This document shows positions 23,824 through 32,133 of a stretch of 35,097 nt of DNA, in pieces. The DNA comes from a virus (Duplodnaviria; Caudoviricetes): IMG/VR virus record IMGVR_UViG_3300030419_002509, positions 1 through 35,097 of that record; one strand, 5' to 3'. Below the pieces are notes generated by a model. The model searched no databases and was not told the origin of the DNA. It saw only the letters and a list, made by a program, of their open reading frames with translations. Position 1 is the stretch's first letter. Every line of letters begins with the position of its first letter. The translations under genes and the position numbers were made by a program.

Positions 23824-25201
23824 TGCTTATCGCAAGGAGGTCACCCTTTTGAATAGTATCACTAATACCTAGCGAACCATCAAGGCGCACGACTTTTGGA
23901 GATACGAGTTGCCCGTCTTGATATCCGAAAGCAAGACAGACGAGAATCACGCCGAGGTTATCTACATCTACCCAGCGTGATGTAAGGTACCCTCGCAATC
24001 GTGGCACCCGTAGTATATCGGGAGGGCATCTGATACAGGCGACTTGCTCCGCATCAAACCCATCCATAATAGATAGACACACCTCACCCTCACCGTCTAT
24101 GGTACGGACGCGAGTGAGGAGTAAGGGGATTTCAAACAACGAGTTAGGTGCGATGTAACCACCTACACCTTCGCCGTCAAAGTACGGGGAGTCCCCGTCA
24201 ATAAGCCGTAGCGTAGTGCTACGAGAGAGGTTTCGTATGAGAGATAACAAGTGGTCAGTGTCACGAATGTACCTTGCGTTGGGGTTTCTTTGAGAGTATG
24301 AGAGTGCCCAACACTGCGGTTTATCGGTACAATGTAGAGTGTCTTTGACTATGAGTCGCCCGTCTCTCTCTTCCGCTTCTGCTATCGCCTCTATGCAATC
24401 GCATAGCCCCTCCACGGGTGGGTGTATAGCCCATCGCTCGCCCGACCTGCGATAGACCCACTGACCTTCGGGTGTCCGATGTACGAAAACGCGTGACCCT
24501 TCCAGCACTTCGTACGCTGTTCTCTCAAACGGGGCACGCCACTTTATCCATCGCTTATACACAGCGGGGGTGAAGTGCTGTCCCGCCGTAAGTTCGTGAG
24601 CCTTCGGTAGCGTTTCCTCAAGCGCTCCCTTGACCACCATACCTATCCCATGGAAGCGTGCGGCTTCCCGTATGCGTGACGGGTCGTAGCCACCACACTT
24701 CGCTATGCACCGGAGGAACCTACCTTTGCTGATAGGTGGATACTCACCCAGCACCCGTGCCCACAGTAAGGTAGCCTCCTCTCGCCCGACTCGTGTGAAT
24801 ATCGTATCAATGACACGAGCCTCCTCCTCTCGCTTCTGTAGGTCATAGAGGAGGAGGGTGGCTTCGGGTATGCTCAATCGCAAAGGCCACTTCGGACGGA
24901 CAGGCGACTCACTCGCAAGTAGGGGCACGAGTGGCTCGCCCTTCGCTACAACAGAAGCAAGTAGTTCGTCCCACTCTTCACCGAAGACGCCTACGCTTCG
25001 CCCCACTATGGACATCAATCTATCAACACCCATTACTCTGTGCCCATAGAGGAACTCGGCTATGTCCGCAATTTCGCCAGCCTCGCGCGCGCGCGCGAGG
25101 GTACGGATATGAGAATAGAGAGAACTCACTCCCTTGTCTGCATCACGGCGGAGGAGAGAAGCCAGCCTTGCGGCTTCTGCTAGTGAGGCCATCGCACACA
25201 T
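23816..25201 (-). CDS. ATP-dependent DNA ligase homolog, apparently lacking the catalytic lysine
   Basis: Helical N-terminal domain, motif I region YEVLEGSRVFVH (canonical ExKxDGxRxxxH), VYRRSG, and OB-like C-terminus SPKVVRLD. Confidence 0.6.
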   Translation of the reverse strand: MCAMASLAEAARLASLLRRDADKGVSSLYSHIRTLARAREAGEIADIAEFLYGHRVMGVDRLMSIVGRSVGVFGEEWDELLASVVAKGEPLVPLLASESPVRPKWPLRLSIPEATLLLYDLQKREEEARVIDTIFTRVGREEATLLWARVLGEYPPISKGRFLRCIAKCGGYDPSRIREAARFHGIGMVVKGALEETLPKAHELTAGQHFTPAVYKRWIKWRAPFERTAYEVLEGSRVFVHRTPEGQWVYRRSGERWAIHPPVEGLCDCIEAIAEAEERDGRLIVKDTLHCTDKPQCWALSYSQRNPNARYIRDTDHLLSLIRNLSRSTTLRLIDGDSPYFDGEGVGGYIAPNSLFEIPLLLTRVRTIDGEGEVCLSIMDGFDAEQVACIRCPPDILRVPRLRGYLTSRWVDVDNLGVILVCLAFGYQDGQLVSPKVVRLDGSLGISDTIQKGDLLAISSE

Positions 25202-25578
25202 CACCACCGTATGTTGTCGGGGTCACAGCGTAGTGCATACGCCACCAATTCACGATGCTCGTCAAGCCACTTGATACGAGGGCGGATAGTCATACCGAGG
25301 ACGGTCTTAGTAGCGTCTTTGATGTTGATAGGTTTGATGTCATCTCGGTCAGTATTAATCGCATACAACCATAGACAGTCTGCAAAAAGAGAATGCAACA
25401 GGCGTGATACTCCTCGCTGATGTAGTGCGTGGCACAAAGCGAGGAGGTCGCTAGTGTCTTCGGGGGGTATGCTGAGGTAGTCGCCGACAGCACGCAGTCT
25501 GACCTTTAGGTGGTCTTGACCCTGCGCATACAGGGCTACCACTTTTCGCTTTGTCTCAGCCCTTGTTCCGGCGGACAT
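25201..25578 (-). CDS. Putative single cyclin-fold (TFB/TFIIB repeat-like) protein
   Basis: LRAVGDYLSIP...SRLLHSLFADCLWL...INIKDA resembles a TFB core repeat; GGAGGGT RBS. Confidence 0.4.
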   Translation of the reverse strand: MSAGTRAETKRKVVALYAQGQDHLKVRLRAVGDYLSIPPEDTSDLLALCHALHQRGVSRLLHSLFADCLWLYAINTDRDDIKPINIKDATKTVLGMTIRPRIKWLDEHRELVAYALRCDPDNIRW

Positions 25579-25660
25579 TTTTGACCCTCCAACATGAATA
25601 GCATAACTCGTCTAATGGGTGGGTGGGGAATCGCTGACCACAGCGTTTGCATCTCGTCAT
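25556..25660 (-). CDS. 34-aa zinc-finger microprotein (not in ORF track)
   Basis: MTRCKRCGQRFPTHPLDELCYSCWRVKNVRRNKG; ATGA overlap and GGAGGTG RBS. Confidence 0.7.
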   Translation of the reverse strand: MTRCKRCGQRFPTHPLDELCYSCWRVKNVRRNKG

Positions 25661-25941
25661 TCGTCCACCTCCTCGTCAAGAGCACCGGTTAGGCGTAAGG
25701 CGTTCTCCTTAGCCGCTCCGTCTTCTAGCGCTCGTCCCAACTCTCTGTACAAATCTTTCGCTTCGTCTAATGTAAGCCGCCAACCCTTACGGGTTGGACC
25801 GGGTCTGTCGTGTATATCGCTACGCCACTCACGCAGGTCAATGAACAATCTCGCCCGATGTTGGATGAGAGAGAGCCGGGTTTCGTACCCGTGCCCTCGC
25901 TCACCCTTCGCCGGCCATACAGCAAATACTCTCTCGCTCAC
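25657..25941 (-). CDS. PC4/Sub1-like ssDNA-binding protein
   Basis: RLSL...FIDLREW...PTRKGWRL is the PC4 signature. Confidence 0.8.
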   Translation of the reverse strand: MSERVFAVWPAKGERGHGYETRLSLIQHRARLFIDLREWRSDIHDRPGPTRKGWRLTLDEAKDLYRELGRALEDGAAKENALRLTGALDEEVDE

Positions 25942-26336
25942 GCAACCACCGGTTCTTCGGGGTGGTGGTTGCTATATAAGTGAGCGCGTTCCGTAAGAAC
26001 CCATTGAGCAGGCTTGTCTGATACCTTGATACCGTTTATTCGTGAGGGGTTTAGATTTAATATACGCCCGTCTCTCTTGAGTATAGATGGTAACTGTGTA
26101 TTAGACGGTACCCATCTTGGTATTTTGCGTGGGTTGCCTTTGCGAGTTCTCGTACCTGTTTTCCACCAGTCAAGCCACATGGTTTGTAACTCGCCTGTAG
26201 TGAGCGGTGCGTCAATGATGCCGTTAGTGTCACACCGAATTGCTCGCTCTTCAAGGAGCGCTACAATTTCATCCATCATTTTCACGAATCGTGGTTTCTT
26301 GATACGAAGCGGGTGAGTGTATTTCACCTCACTCAT
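25938..26336 (-). CDS. Putative winged-helix-like DNA-binding protein
   Basis: Start reset to ATG 26336 (ATGA overlap); PLTTGEL...PSNTQLPSIL...W is similar in pattern to 17781..18101. Confidence 0.5.
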   Translation of the reverse strand: MSEVKYTHPLRIKKPRFVKMMDEIVALLEERAIRCDTNGIIDAPLTTGELQTMWLDWWKTGTRTRKGNPRKIPRWVPSNTQLPSILKRDGRILNLNPSRINGIKVSDKPAQWVLTERAHLYSNHHPEEPVVA

Positions 26337-26554
26337 TCGCTCGCCTCTTGCATCTCTTTGCACAATTTCACTAAGCGGGTGCCCCACCGTTCGTCACAAT
26401 GTTCAGCCAATTCTAACACATCTTCGGGCGACCAATACGCATCATTGTTTAGCGCGTCTCTCATCACATATTGGAAGTTCTCTTCCACGCTAAAACCAAT
26501 TAAGTATTGCAGTAGTTCGTACTTCTCAAATGTTATTTCAAAACTCCAACTCAT
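26333..26554 (-). CDS. Hypothetical protein (73 aa) flanked by 19-bp junction repeat
   Basis: Start reset to ATG 26554 (ATGA overlap, GAGGTGA RBS). Confidence 0.65.
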   Translation of the reverse strand: MSWSFEITFEKYELLQYLIGFSVEENFQYVMRDALNNDAYWSPEDVLELAEHCDERWGTRLVKLCKEMQEASE

Positions 26555-27114
26555 TCGCTCACCTCTTCGGGTCGTATCCAACTGTCTGCTAAAACGAATG
26601 GCGCTGATTCTGCCCTTACCCGTGTGATAGGATAACACCCTTCGGGGTATGGTATTCTAATCTCGTCTTCATACCATCCAATTTTGTAGGTTGGGTTAGG
26701 GTATGTAGCGTTGTCTGCCCAATGCTTGTTCATGCGTTTAACTGTCTTCGCTATGTCTGACCTGCGCTGTTCTCTTGCTGCCTCGTCACCGATTTTGGAG
26801 AGATGCTTTGTAAGTTTGTATGTTTTAGGAGCAAGCCCCGCTTTAATATCATCTCGTAGGTCTCCCACTTCAAACTGCGCTGACTCAATAACCAAATGGT
26901 CGCATTCCGGTACCCTGTTCATAGAGGGATACACTTCCTGTCTAATGATATTCAATAGGCCAGCGATGATTGAACGAGTGTTGTCATAGAACTCAGCGAC
27001 TACCAAACCCTCTTCCATGCGCTTTGATTCGTATGGGGTGAGACAATTACCACACACCTCATTACCAAAATGAATGCCGGTTTCAATACCACATCTTACA
27101 CATTTATCGCTCAT
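26551..27114 (-). CDS. Hypothetical protein with N-terminal zinc finger
   Basis: CVRC...CGNC. Confidence 0.7.
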   Translation of the reverse strand: MSDKCVRCGIETGIHFGNEVCGNCLTPYESKRMEEGLVVAEFYDNTRSIIAGLLNIIRQEVYPSMNRVPECDHLVIESAQFEVGDLRDDIKAGLAPKTYKLTKHLSKIGDEAAREQRRSDIAKTVKRMNKHWADNATYPNPTYKIGWYEDEIRIPYPEGCYPITRVRAESAPFVLADSWIRPEEVSE

Positions 27115-27118
27115 CAAA

Positions 27119-27658
27119 TCACCATCCCCAGCAATCGCCGCAAAGGGTTAGAGAACCCTCTTCATGCCTGTTGTTTTGCCAGCCTTGGTCGGGGTCATCA
27201 TCTGACGCCATTTCATCTTCATAGACACCGTTACCGCAACGAGCGTGAATGATTTTGATAGGGTATTTGATTTTCTTGTCAATATGATTAGGTGAATCCT
27301 TGAAAAACAAGTTAATACCAATGTCCCTCTCGTTATTCATAGCCTCCTCGTCACAGTCCATGAGCGCGTCTATGAAAGACTGACCTGTCTTGACTCTACC
27401 TGTTGGCGTTAGCATAGAAGGGCATTTCTCGGGCACATTCATTCGCGCTAACAAAGTGTAAGCATCCATGCCACCGAACTCACCGTAGCCTTCGTAATCG
27501 CTCTCTTCCCAATAGGAGCCACCGAACTTTTTGGGTAACAGTAGCAACACTGTTTCCTTACCACGATATCCTTCTTCGCACTTGAAGCACTCCCAGTCTT
27601 CACCTTCGCTAAGGATTTGCTCATCACAAGTGGCACAAAGCCATGAGAACTGACCCAT
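27119..27658 (-). CDS. Hypothetical viral protein
   Basis: MGQFSW...YEGYGEFGGMD..DDDPDQGW with CxxC pairs; TGATG coupling. Confidence 0.7.
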   Translation of the reverse strand: MGQFSWLCATCDEQILSEGEDWECFKCEEGYRGKETVLLLLPKKFGGSYWEESDYEGYGEFGGMDAYTLLARMNVPEKCPSMLTPTGRVKTGQSFIDALMDCDEEAMNNERDIGINLFFKDSPNHIDKKIKYPIKIIHARCGNGVYEDEMASDDDPDQGWQNNRHEEGSLTLCGDCWGW

Positions 27659-28512
27659 CAAGCATCACCCTCAGTCCGTGGCGCTAGGAAGTATTGCCAA
27701 TTCACTATGTCGTCTATGCTGTCTATACGCATAGGGTTGCGCTCGCCGAAAGATACTCTGAGATTTGTGTGGTTTTTCTTAGTGATTGGTTGTCTCTTCG
27801 CGAGCCTCAACACATATTGATTGCTGTATTGGGCAGTAGCATCTTCGCCTGTGTATGTGTCTGTTAGTTTGTATTCTCGTGAGAATTGCTCCCCCTTAAA
27901 TGACCAATGCACACCTCTCTCGTTTGTCACCAAATTAATGAGGTCTGCTATATCACTCATGCGTTTGCACGACTTAAGCCAAGTGATGCTGTCTATCTCA
28001 AAAGATGTCTGCGGCTCAATGTCGGGTATCCTCGGTGTTTGCACATTCTGTATGTCAAGCGCTCTTATGACTGACTCGCAATTGTTATTCACAGCACGCA
28101 ATTGGCCTTTGTCTGATTCCACTACGATAGTAATATGTGATTCGGTTTTGTCAATACATTTGTTCAACTGAACCAAGTCAATGCCCATCGCGTTTTCATA
28201 AACTAAATCCATAGTTTTGTTATCTACACAACCGGGTGTCTGTAACGCCATCATACAAACATGACTTGCATCTACTACGCGACAATAAAAACCGGTGTCT
28301 GTGAAATAGAATGCAGCCTCCTCAACAAGGACATTCAGCAAGTCAATAACACGCTGTAGTATAGGTGTCTCTATACGATACCACCATTGGTTAGTACCGC
28401 TATCAAAACCAACTTCAATACCTTGCGCGGGAACTTGCCCGATAGTGAATTGTCCGTAGTCCTTTGGTTGCTCATCATCTGTAGGAGGAATTATGATAGG
28501 TAAATCACTCAT
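27658..28512 (-). CDS. pcn: PCNA sliding clamp with N-terminal extension
   Basis: LVEEAAF, VDASHVCM, MGIDL, YSNQYV, PMRI, YFLAPR. Confidence 0.88.
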   Translation of the reverse strand: MSDLPIIIPPTDDEQPKDYGQFTIGQVPAQGIEVGFDSGTNQWWYRIETPILQRVIDLLNVLVEEAAFYFTDTGFYCRVVDASHVCMMALQTPGCVDNKTMDLVYENAMGIDLVQLNKCIDKTESHITIVVESDKGQLRAVNNNCESVIRALDIQNVQTPRIPDIEPQTSFEIDSITWLKSCKRMSDIADLINLVTNERGVHWSFKGEQFSREYKLTDTYTGEDATAQYSNQYVLRLAKRQPITKKNHTNLRVSFGERNPMRIDSIDDIVNWQYFLAPRTEGDA

Positions 28513-28925
28513 AGTGTCACCTCCGCGTTACCGATAGAGGCGTGCATACGATACCAATAGCGTTGGTCCATGTATTCCATAGCCCACTCAATGTCATCGG
28601 TTGTACAAATTATAGGTTGGTGCCAACTGTCTCTCGCTTCACGCAACCACCATTGAGCGCTGTTGCCTTCAATGGCTGTGTATTGTAATAGCACCATGTT
28701 CAGCGCTTGTCGCTGTGCAGGTGTCTTTTCGCTTTCGCACCATGCTACCATGACAGATTCGCCGCCAGCACAACCTGTGCATTCACGAGTTAGATACAAC
28801 TTACCCTTGTAGATTTTTTGACCCGAGCCGAGTTTCCACTCACCGTCCCTGTTAGGGTCAAAGCGCGTACCGCAATCCGGGCACGCACAATCCCTGCATT
28901 TGCATTCGTGTTCTTCGTCACTCAT
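28509..28925 (-). CDS. Cys-rich hypothetical protein
   Basis: CKCRDCACPDC...CTGC. Confidence 0.7.
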   Translation of the reverse strand: MSDEEHECKCRDCACPDCGTRFDPNRDGEWKLGSGQKIYKGKLYLTRECTGCAGGESVMVAWCESEKTPAQRQALNMVLLQYTAIEGNSAQWWLREARDSWHQPIICTTDDIEWAMEYMDQRYWYRMHASIGNAEVTL

Positions 28926-29312
28926 TCACTGTACCCCCTCGTGGTCTTTGTGTGTGCCTATGTCAGCGCCGGTGCCCCTTTCGTGCATATTGTTCATCTT
29001 CAAATCCATTTGTGACTGCTTAACATTGTCCCAATTGTGTTGGCGGTACCTGTTGAAGTCACCCTCAATTCCCGGCGGTGGTGCAGGTTCAACGCGCTGC
29101 TCAGCAAACTCACCTGTCTCAGTATTCCACGCCATCTCGGTCTTGTTCCACGAAGGACAAATTGTTGCCCACATCTTACCCCTGTGGTTTGTGTGACCAA
29201 GGTCTCGTGTATTCCATACCCAACCGAATGCGCCGGAACAGTTGTCACCGTTGCACGGACACTCCCCGTTGGGTAGCCTTATTCCATCTGTATTCATATT
29301 CATTTTACTCAT
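28926..29312 (-). CDS. Hypothetical protein with Cys cluster
   Basis: Start reset to ATG 29312 (GGAG upstream); CPC-x4-C...ICP. Confidence 0.65.
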   Translation of the reverse strand: MSKMNMNTDGIRLPNGECPCNGDNCSGAFGWVWNTRDLGHTNHRGKMWATICPSWNKTEMAWNTETGEFAEQRVEPAPPPGIEGDFNRYRQHNWDNVKQSQMDLKMNNMHERGTGADIGTHKDHEGVQ

Positions 29313-29334
29313 ACTTATCTCTCCATGTGAGTTG

Positions 29335-29360
29335 GGGCGAGGGGCCGAAGCCCCCCACCC
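29335..29360 (-). terminator. GC-rich cUUCGg hairpin (terminator or RNA stability/processing element)
   Basis: - strand GGGTGGGGGGC-TTCG-GCCCCTCGCCC, an 11-bp stem with two G-U pairs, 18 nt after the stop at 29379; no U-tract. Confidence 0.55.
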
Positions 29361-29378
29361 GCTCTCTCTCATTCAGCC

Positions 29379-31352
29379 TCAAACGAGGAGGAGTGCTTCC
29401 TCCACGGTAGGAATCTCGTGTAGTGGTTTCATTTGGTTCTTACCAAGTCCGACCTTCAATGGTGACGAGATGATGTTACCCTTCTCGTCCTTGATGGTGT
29501 TCTCTTGAATGAACTGCGCGACCTTTGGTAGGTCTGCTTCGCCGATTTCGGTTGCTCCTGTCGCTTCCATGTATGCTTCGTAAGCGCTGTTACAGATGCC
29601 CATGAATAGGCTGTTGGTCTGTTGTAGTTTCTTGGTAGTGCCGTCAATGGACAGGGAGTTACCCGCCATCTTCTGCTTACCGTCAGCAGATTCCCACTCC
29701 GGCTTGTGTGTAATAGCCCCGGTGAAAGATTGCATAGCGTGATACACTGACCCATTCTGTTCCTGTGTAACCTTAACGAATGGTTGCTCGCGGCCACTCA
29801 CTCCTGTCGCAGGGTTGATGAATCCGCTACCAACGACTCTCCATAGGTGTCCTCGCTGTAGTGATACATTCTTGTTCTCATCAACCTTGACGGTTGGTAG
29901 TGAGAGAATGTTCAACTTGTCTGCCGCAACTGTGAGTTTGTCAAACAGTTGTACATCAAGAGGTAGATGTGCCATGAGTTCTTGATTCACAAGCCACTGC
30001 TGAATCTCCGCAGTAGCATCAACGACAGTCTCGCCGAACTTGTCCCAATCAATGTTAGCCATTACACCGTTCTTGTGTCGCATACGAAGTACTGTGTCAA
30101 TGCCACCCATGCTTGCTAGGTTGTTACAATAGACACGAAGTGCCTGTGCTTGGACAGACAGCGCGCCGCTACCATCAACGCTGTTGTGGATAGCGAAGCC
30201 GTACTTGTAGATACCATCAAGTCTGTCAATCATGTTACCAAATGCGCTAGTGTCAAGCCACTTGTGGCCTGCCGCCTTGTTGCGCTCAGCCGCAATCCTA
30301 CGAGACTGTGCTGCTTGTGATACATCAATGTCAAGACGAGCCTTAGCCCCTTGGTTGTACGAAGTGACATGAGTTTTGAGGTCATGTTGGTCTGCGTATT
30401 TCATGATAGGGTCAAAGACAGTTGTGTGTGGTAGCAAGTGATACGAGTCGCTCACTGTACCTAAGCACGCACCGCCCGGCATCTTTTCTGTAGCAAGTTC
30501 GGGGTTCATGATATGATACGCCGCAGGCTTACCGTTCTTATCCACGACAGGTGTTGGTACAGGTGCTGACTGTGCATCCGGTTGTGTCATAATGTAACCC
30601 GGCACCTTCTGTGGAGTGAATCTCCACGGTACTACTGCCCTGTCACGACCACCAGCAAGGAGCGCGCCGCCCCATGCACTATCTGCGATTTTACCACTCT
30701 CGCCCTTAACATCTGTCTCCACTACTCCGGGGATATGTGTCGGTGCAAAAGCAGGCACGCTGTCATCATTCTCATCACTGTCAATATCCACAGGAGGGAT
30801 TACGACTGTAGCGGTAACTGCGCCTGTCTCGCCCGTCTCCGGTGTATAGCCGCTCGCGATATCCTCCTCGTCCAAGACAAGTGCGGGTATCTCCCCCTCA
30901 TCATCAATGTCTTCAATCATAGGTGGTATGATTACAGGTGGTGGTGTAACACTACCACTGCTCATCATTTCCTGTGCCGCTTGCTGCACGCCTGTAAGAC
31001 TCTGCTCACGCTGTTCCTTCTGCTCACCTACGAGGTGTCGTAGGTTCGCTTCCTGTACGCCTTGCTCTACTGCATCTACAAACTCAATGTCGTTTGCGTT
31101 GGTTGGGGGCAACGGGGATAAGTCCCCGTTAAACACAACTGATGGGTCAAACACATTACCATCTATCTCCGCTCGCTGCATCGTGTATGCTGTTCGTTCT
31201 CCGTCAGCACAAATGATACGAGACTGAATGGCCTGCTTGGGTATCCATACCCGTTGCTCACCATTCGCTGCCTCGTATGCTATTCGCACCGCCGTATCGT
31301 TCGTTCCTTCGGGTCGCCCAAAGACGACCATTCGTTCGGTCTGTTCTGCCAT
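29379..31352 (-). CDS. DUF932-like domain protein with long acidic N-terminal region
   Basis: LGTVSDSYHLLPH, IHNSVDGS, RVYCNN, MRH; start at ATG 31352 with GGTGGTGA RBS. Confidence 0.7.
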   Translation of the reverse strand: MAEQTERMVVFGRPEGTNDTAVRIAYEAANGEQRVWIPKQAIQSRIICADGERTAYTMQRAEIDGNVFDPSVVFNGDLSPLPPTNANDIEFVDAVEQGVQEANLRHLVGEQKEQREQSLTGVQQAAQEMMSSGSVTPPPVIIPPMIEDIDDEGEIPALVLDEEDIASGYTPETGETGAVTATVVIPPVDIDSDENDDSVPAFAPTHIPGVVETDVKGESGKIADSAWGGALLAGGRDRAVVPWRFTPQKVPGYIMTQPDAQSAPVPTPVVDKNGKPAAYHIMNPELATEKMPGGACLGTVSDSYHLLPHTTVFDPIMKYADQHDLKTHVTSYNQGAKARLDIDVSQAAQSRRIAAERNKAAGHKWLDTSAFGNMIDRLDGIYKYGFAIHNSVDGSGALSVQAQALRVYCNNLASMGGIDTVLRMRHKNGVMANIDWDKFGETVVDATAEIQQWLVNQELMAHLPLDVQLFDKLTVAADKLNILSLPTVKVDENKNVSLQRGHLWRVVGSGFINPATGVSGREQPFVKVTQEQNGSVYHAMQSFTGAITHKPEWESADGKQKMAGNSLSIDGTTKKLQQTNSLFMGICNSAYEAYMEATGATEIGEADLPKVAQFIQENTIKDEKGNIISSPLKVGLGKNQMKPLHEIPTVEEALLLV

Positions 31353-31386
31353 TTTAATCACCACCGGTCTCTGCCGGCAGTTGGTC

Positions 31387-31418
31387 TAAAACGGTGATTG
31401 CCTTATATACTAAGCCCC
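31387..31418 (-). promoter_or_regulatory. Conserved viral promoter, copy 2
   Basis: 32 bp identical to 23368-23399. Confidence 0.8.
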
Positions 31419-31449
31419 TCTTTTTGGCAACCAATTTGGACTCAGTACC

Positions 31450-32133
31450 TCATTCTTCTTCAGAGACAGGCAAAGGAGAAACCAAACAGTAAGTTCCTTG
31501 AAGATGGGGAGGCAAAGGGTTACCGTCCAAATCCGTACTACCTAACGCAATACCTTCGTCACCCGCGTCTATTAATTCAATCATTAATTCACGAGGTAGT
31601 ACCCGATACAGGTGCGCGTCTGTTCTGTAAGTATGAAACAGGTCATCGCCTGCGAGTAATGCGTAATCAAGCGGGTTCATTCTGATAGGAGTATCACATT
31701 CTCCGCAAGAAATATCCACGAACCAACGCTCGGCTTCCGTTTCCGTACCATCGGGAGCCATAGCGGGGTACATTCCCCCATTAACCCACGCGGCATCTTC
31801 AAGTTCGCAATCTTTCACGAGTCCATCGCAATCTTCCGATGGGCATTTCCAAGTTTGCGCCTGTTCCTGCGCCTGTACGAGTTGCTCAACAGGGTCATCG
31901 GGTGTGACCACTGCGTTTTCATCTACGCACGACCATTCAAGAGCGCTTAACACCTTCAAGACTCGTTCATGTGCTATCTCAGCGCGCTGCGCACGACTAA
32001 TTAGTGTGAGTTCTGTTTCACCTGTGCGTTGATATTGCATATCGCCAGTGTTCCAAATGTCATCAATGGCGAGCGAATCTAATTGACTCTGTGTCCAATC
32101 CACATCGTCTTCGGATGGTTCCCACGCCATCAT
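31450..32133 (-). CDS. Acidic zinc-binding hypothetical protein
   Basis: C-x4-C...CGEC; GGAGG RBS and ATGA coupling. Confidence 0.7.
   Translation of the reverse strand: MMAWEPSEDDVDWTQSQLDSLAIDDIWNTGDMQYQRTGETELTLISRAQRAEIAHERVLKVLSALEWSCVDENAVVTPDDPVEQLVQAQEQAQTWKCPSEDCDGLVKDCELEDAAWVNGGMYPAMAPDGTETEAERWFVDISCGECDTPIRMNPLDYALLAGDDLFHTYRTDAHLYRVLPRELMIELIDAGDEGIALGSTDLDGNPLPPHLQGTYCLVSPLPVSEEE

Noticed and set aside
25083-25099. CTCGCGCGCGCGCGAG palindrome / CG run
   Set aside because: It lies within coding sequence (LARARE) as a single occurrence and is probably incidental.
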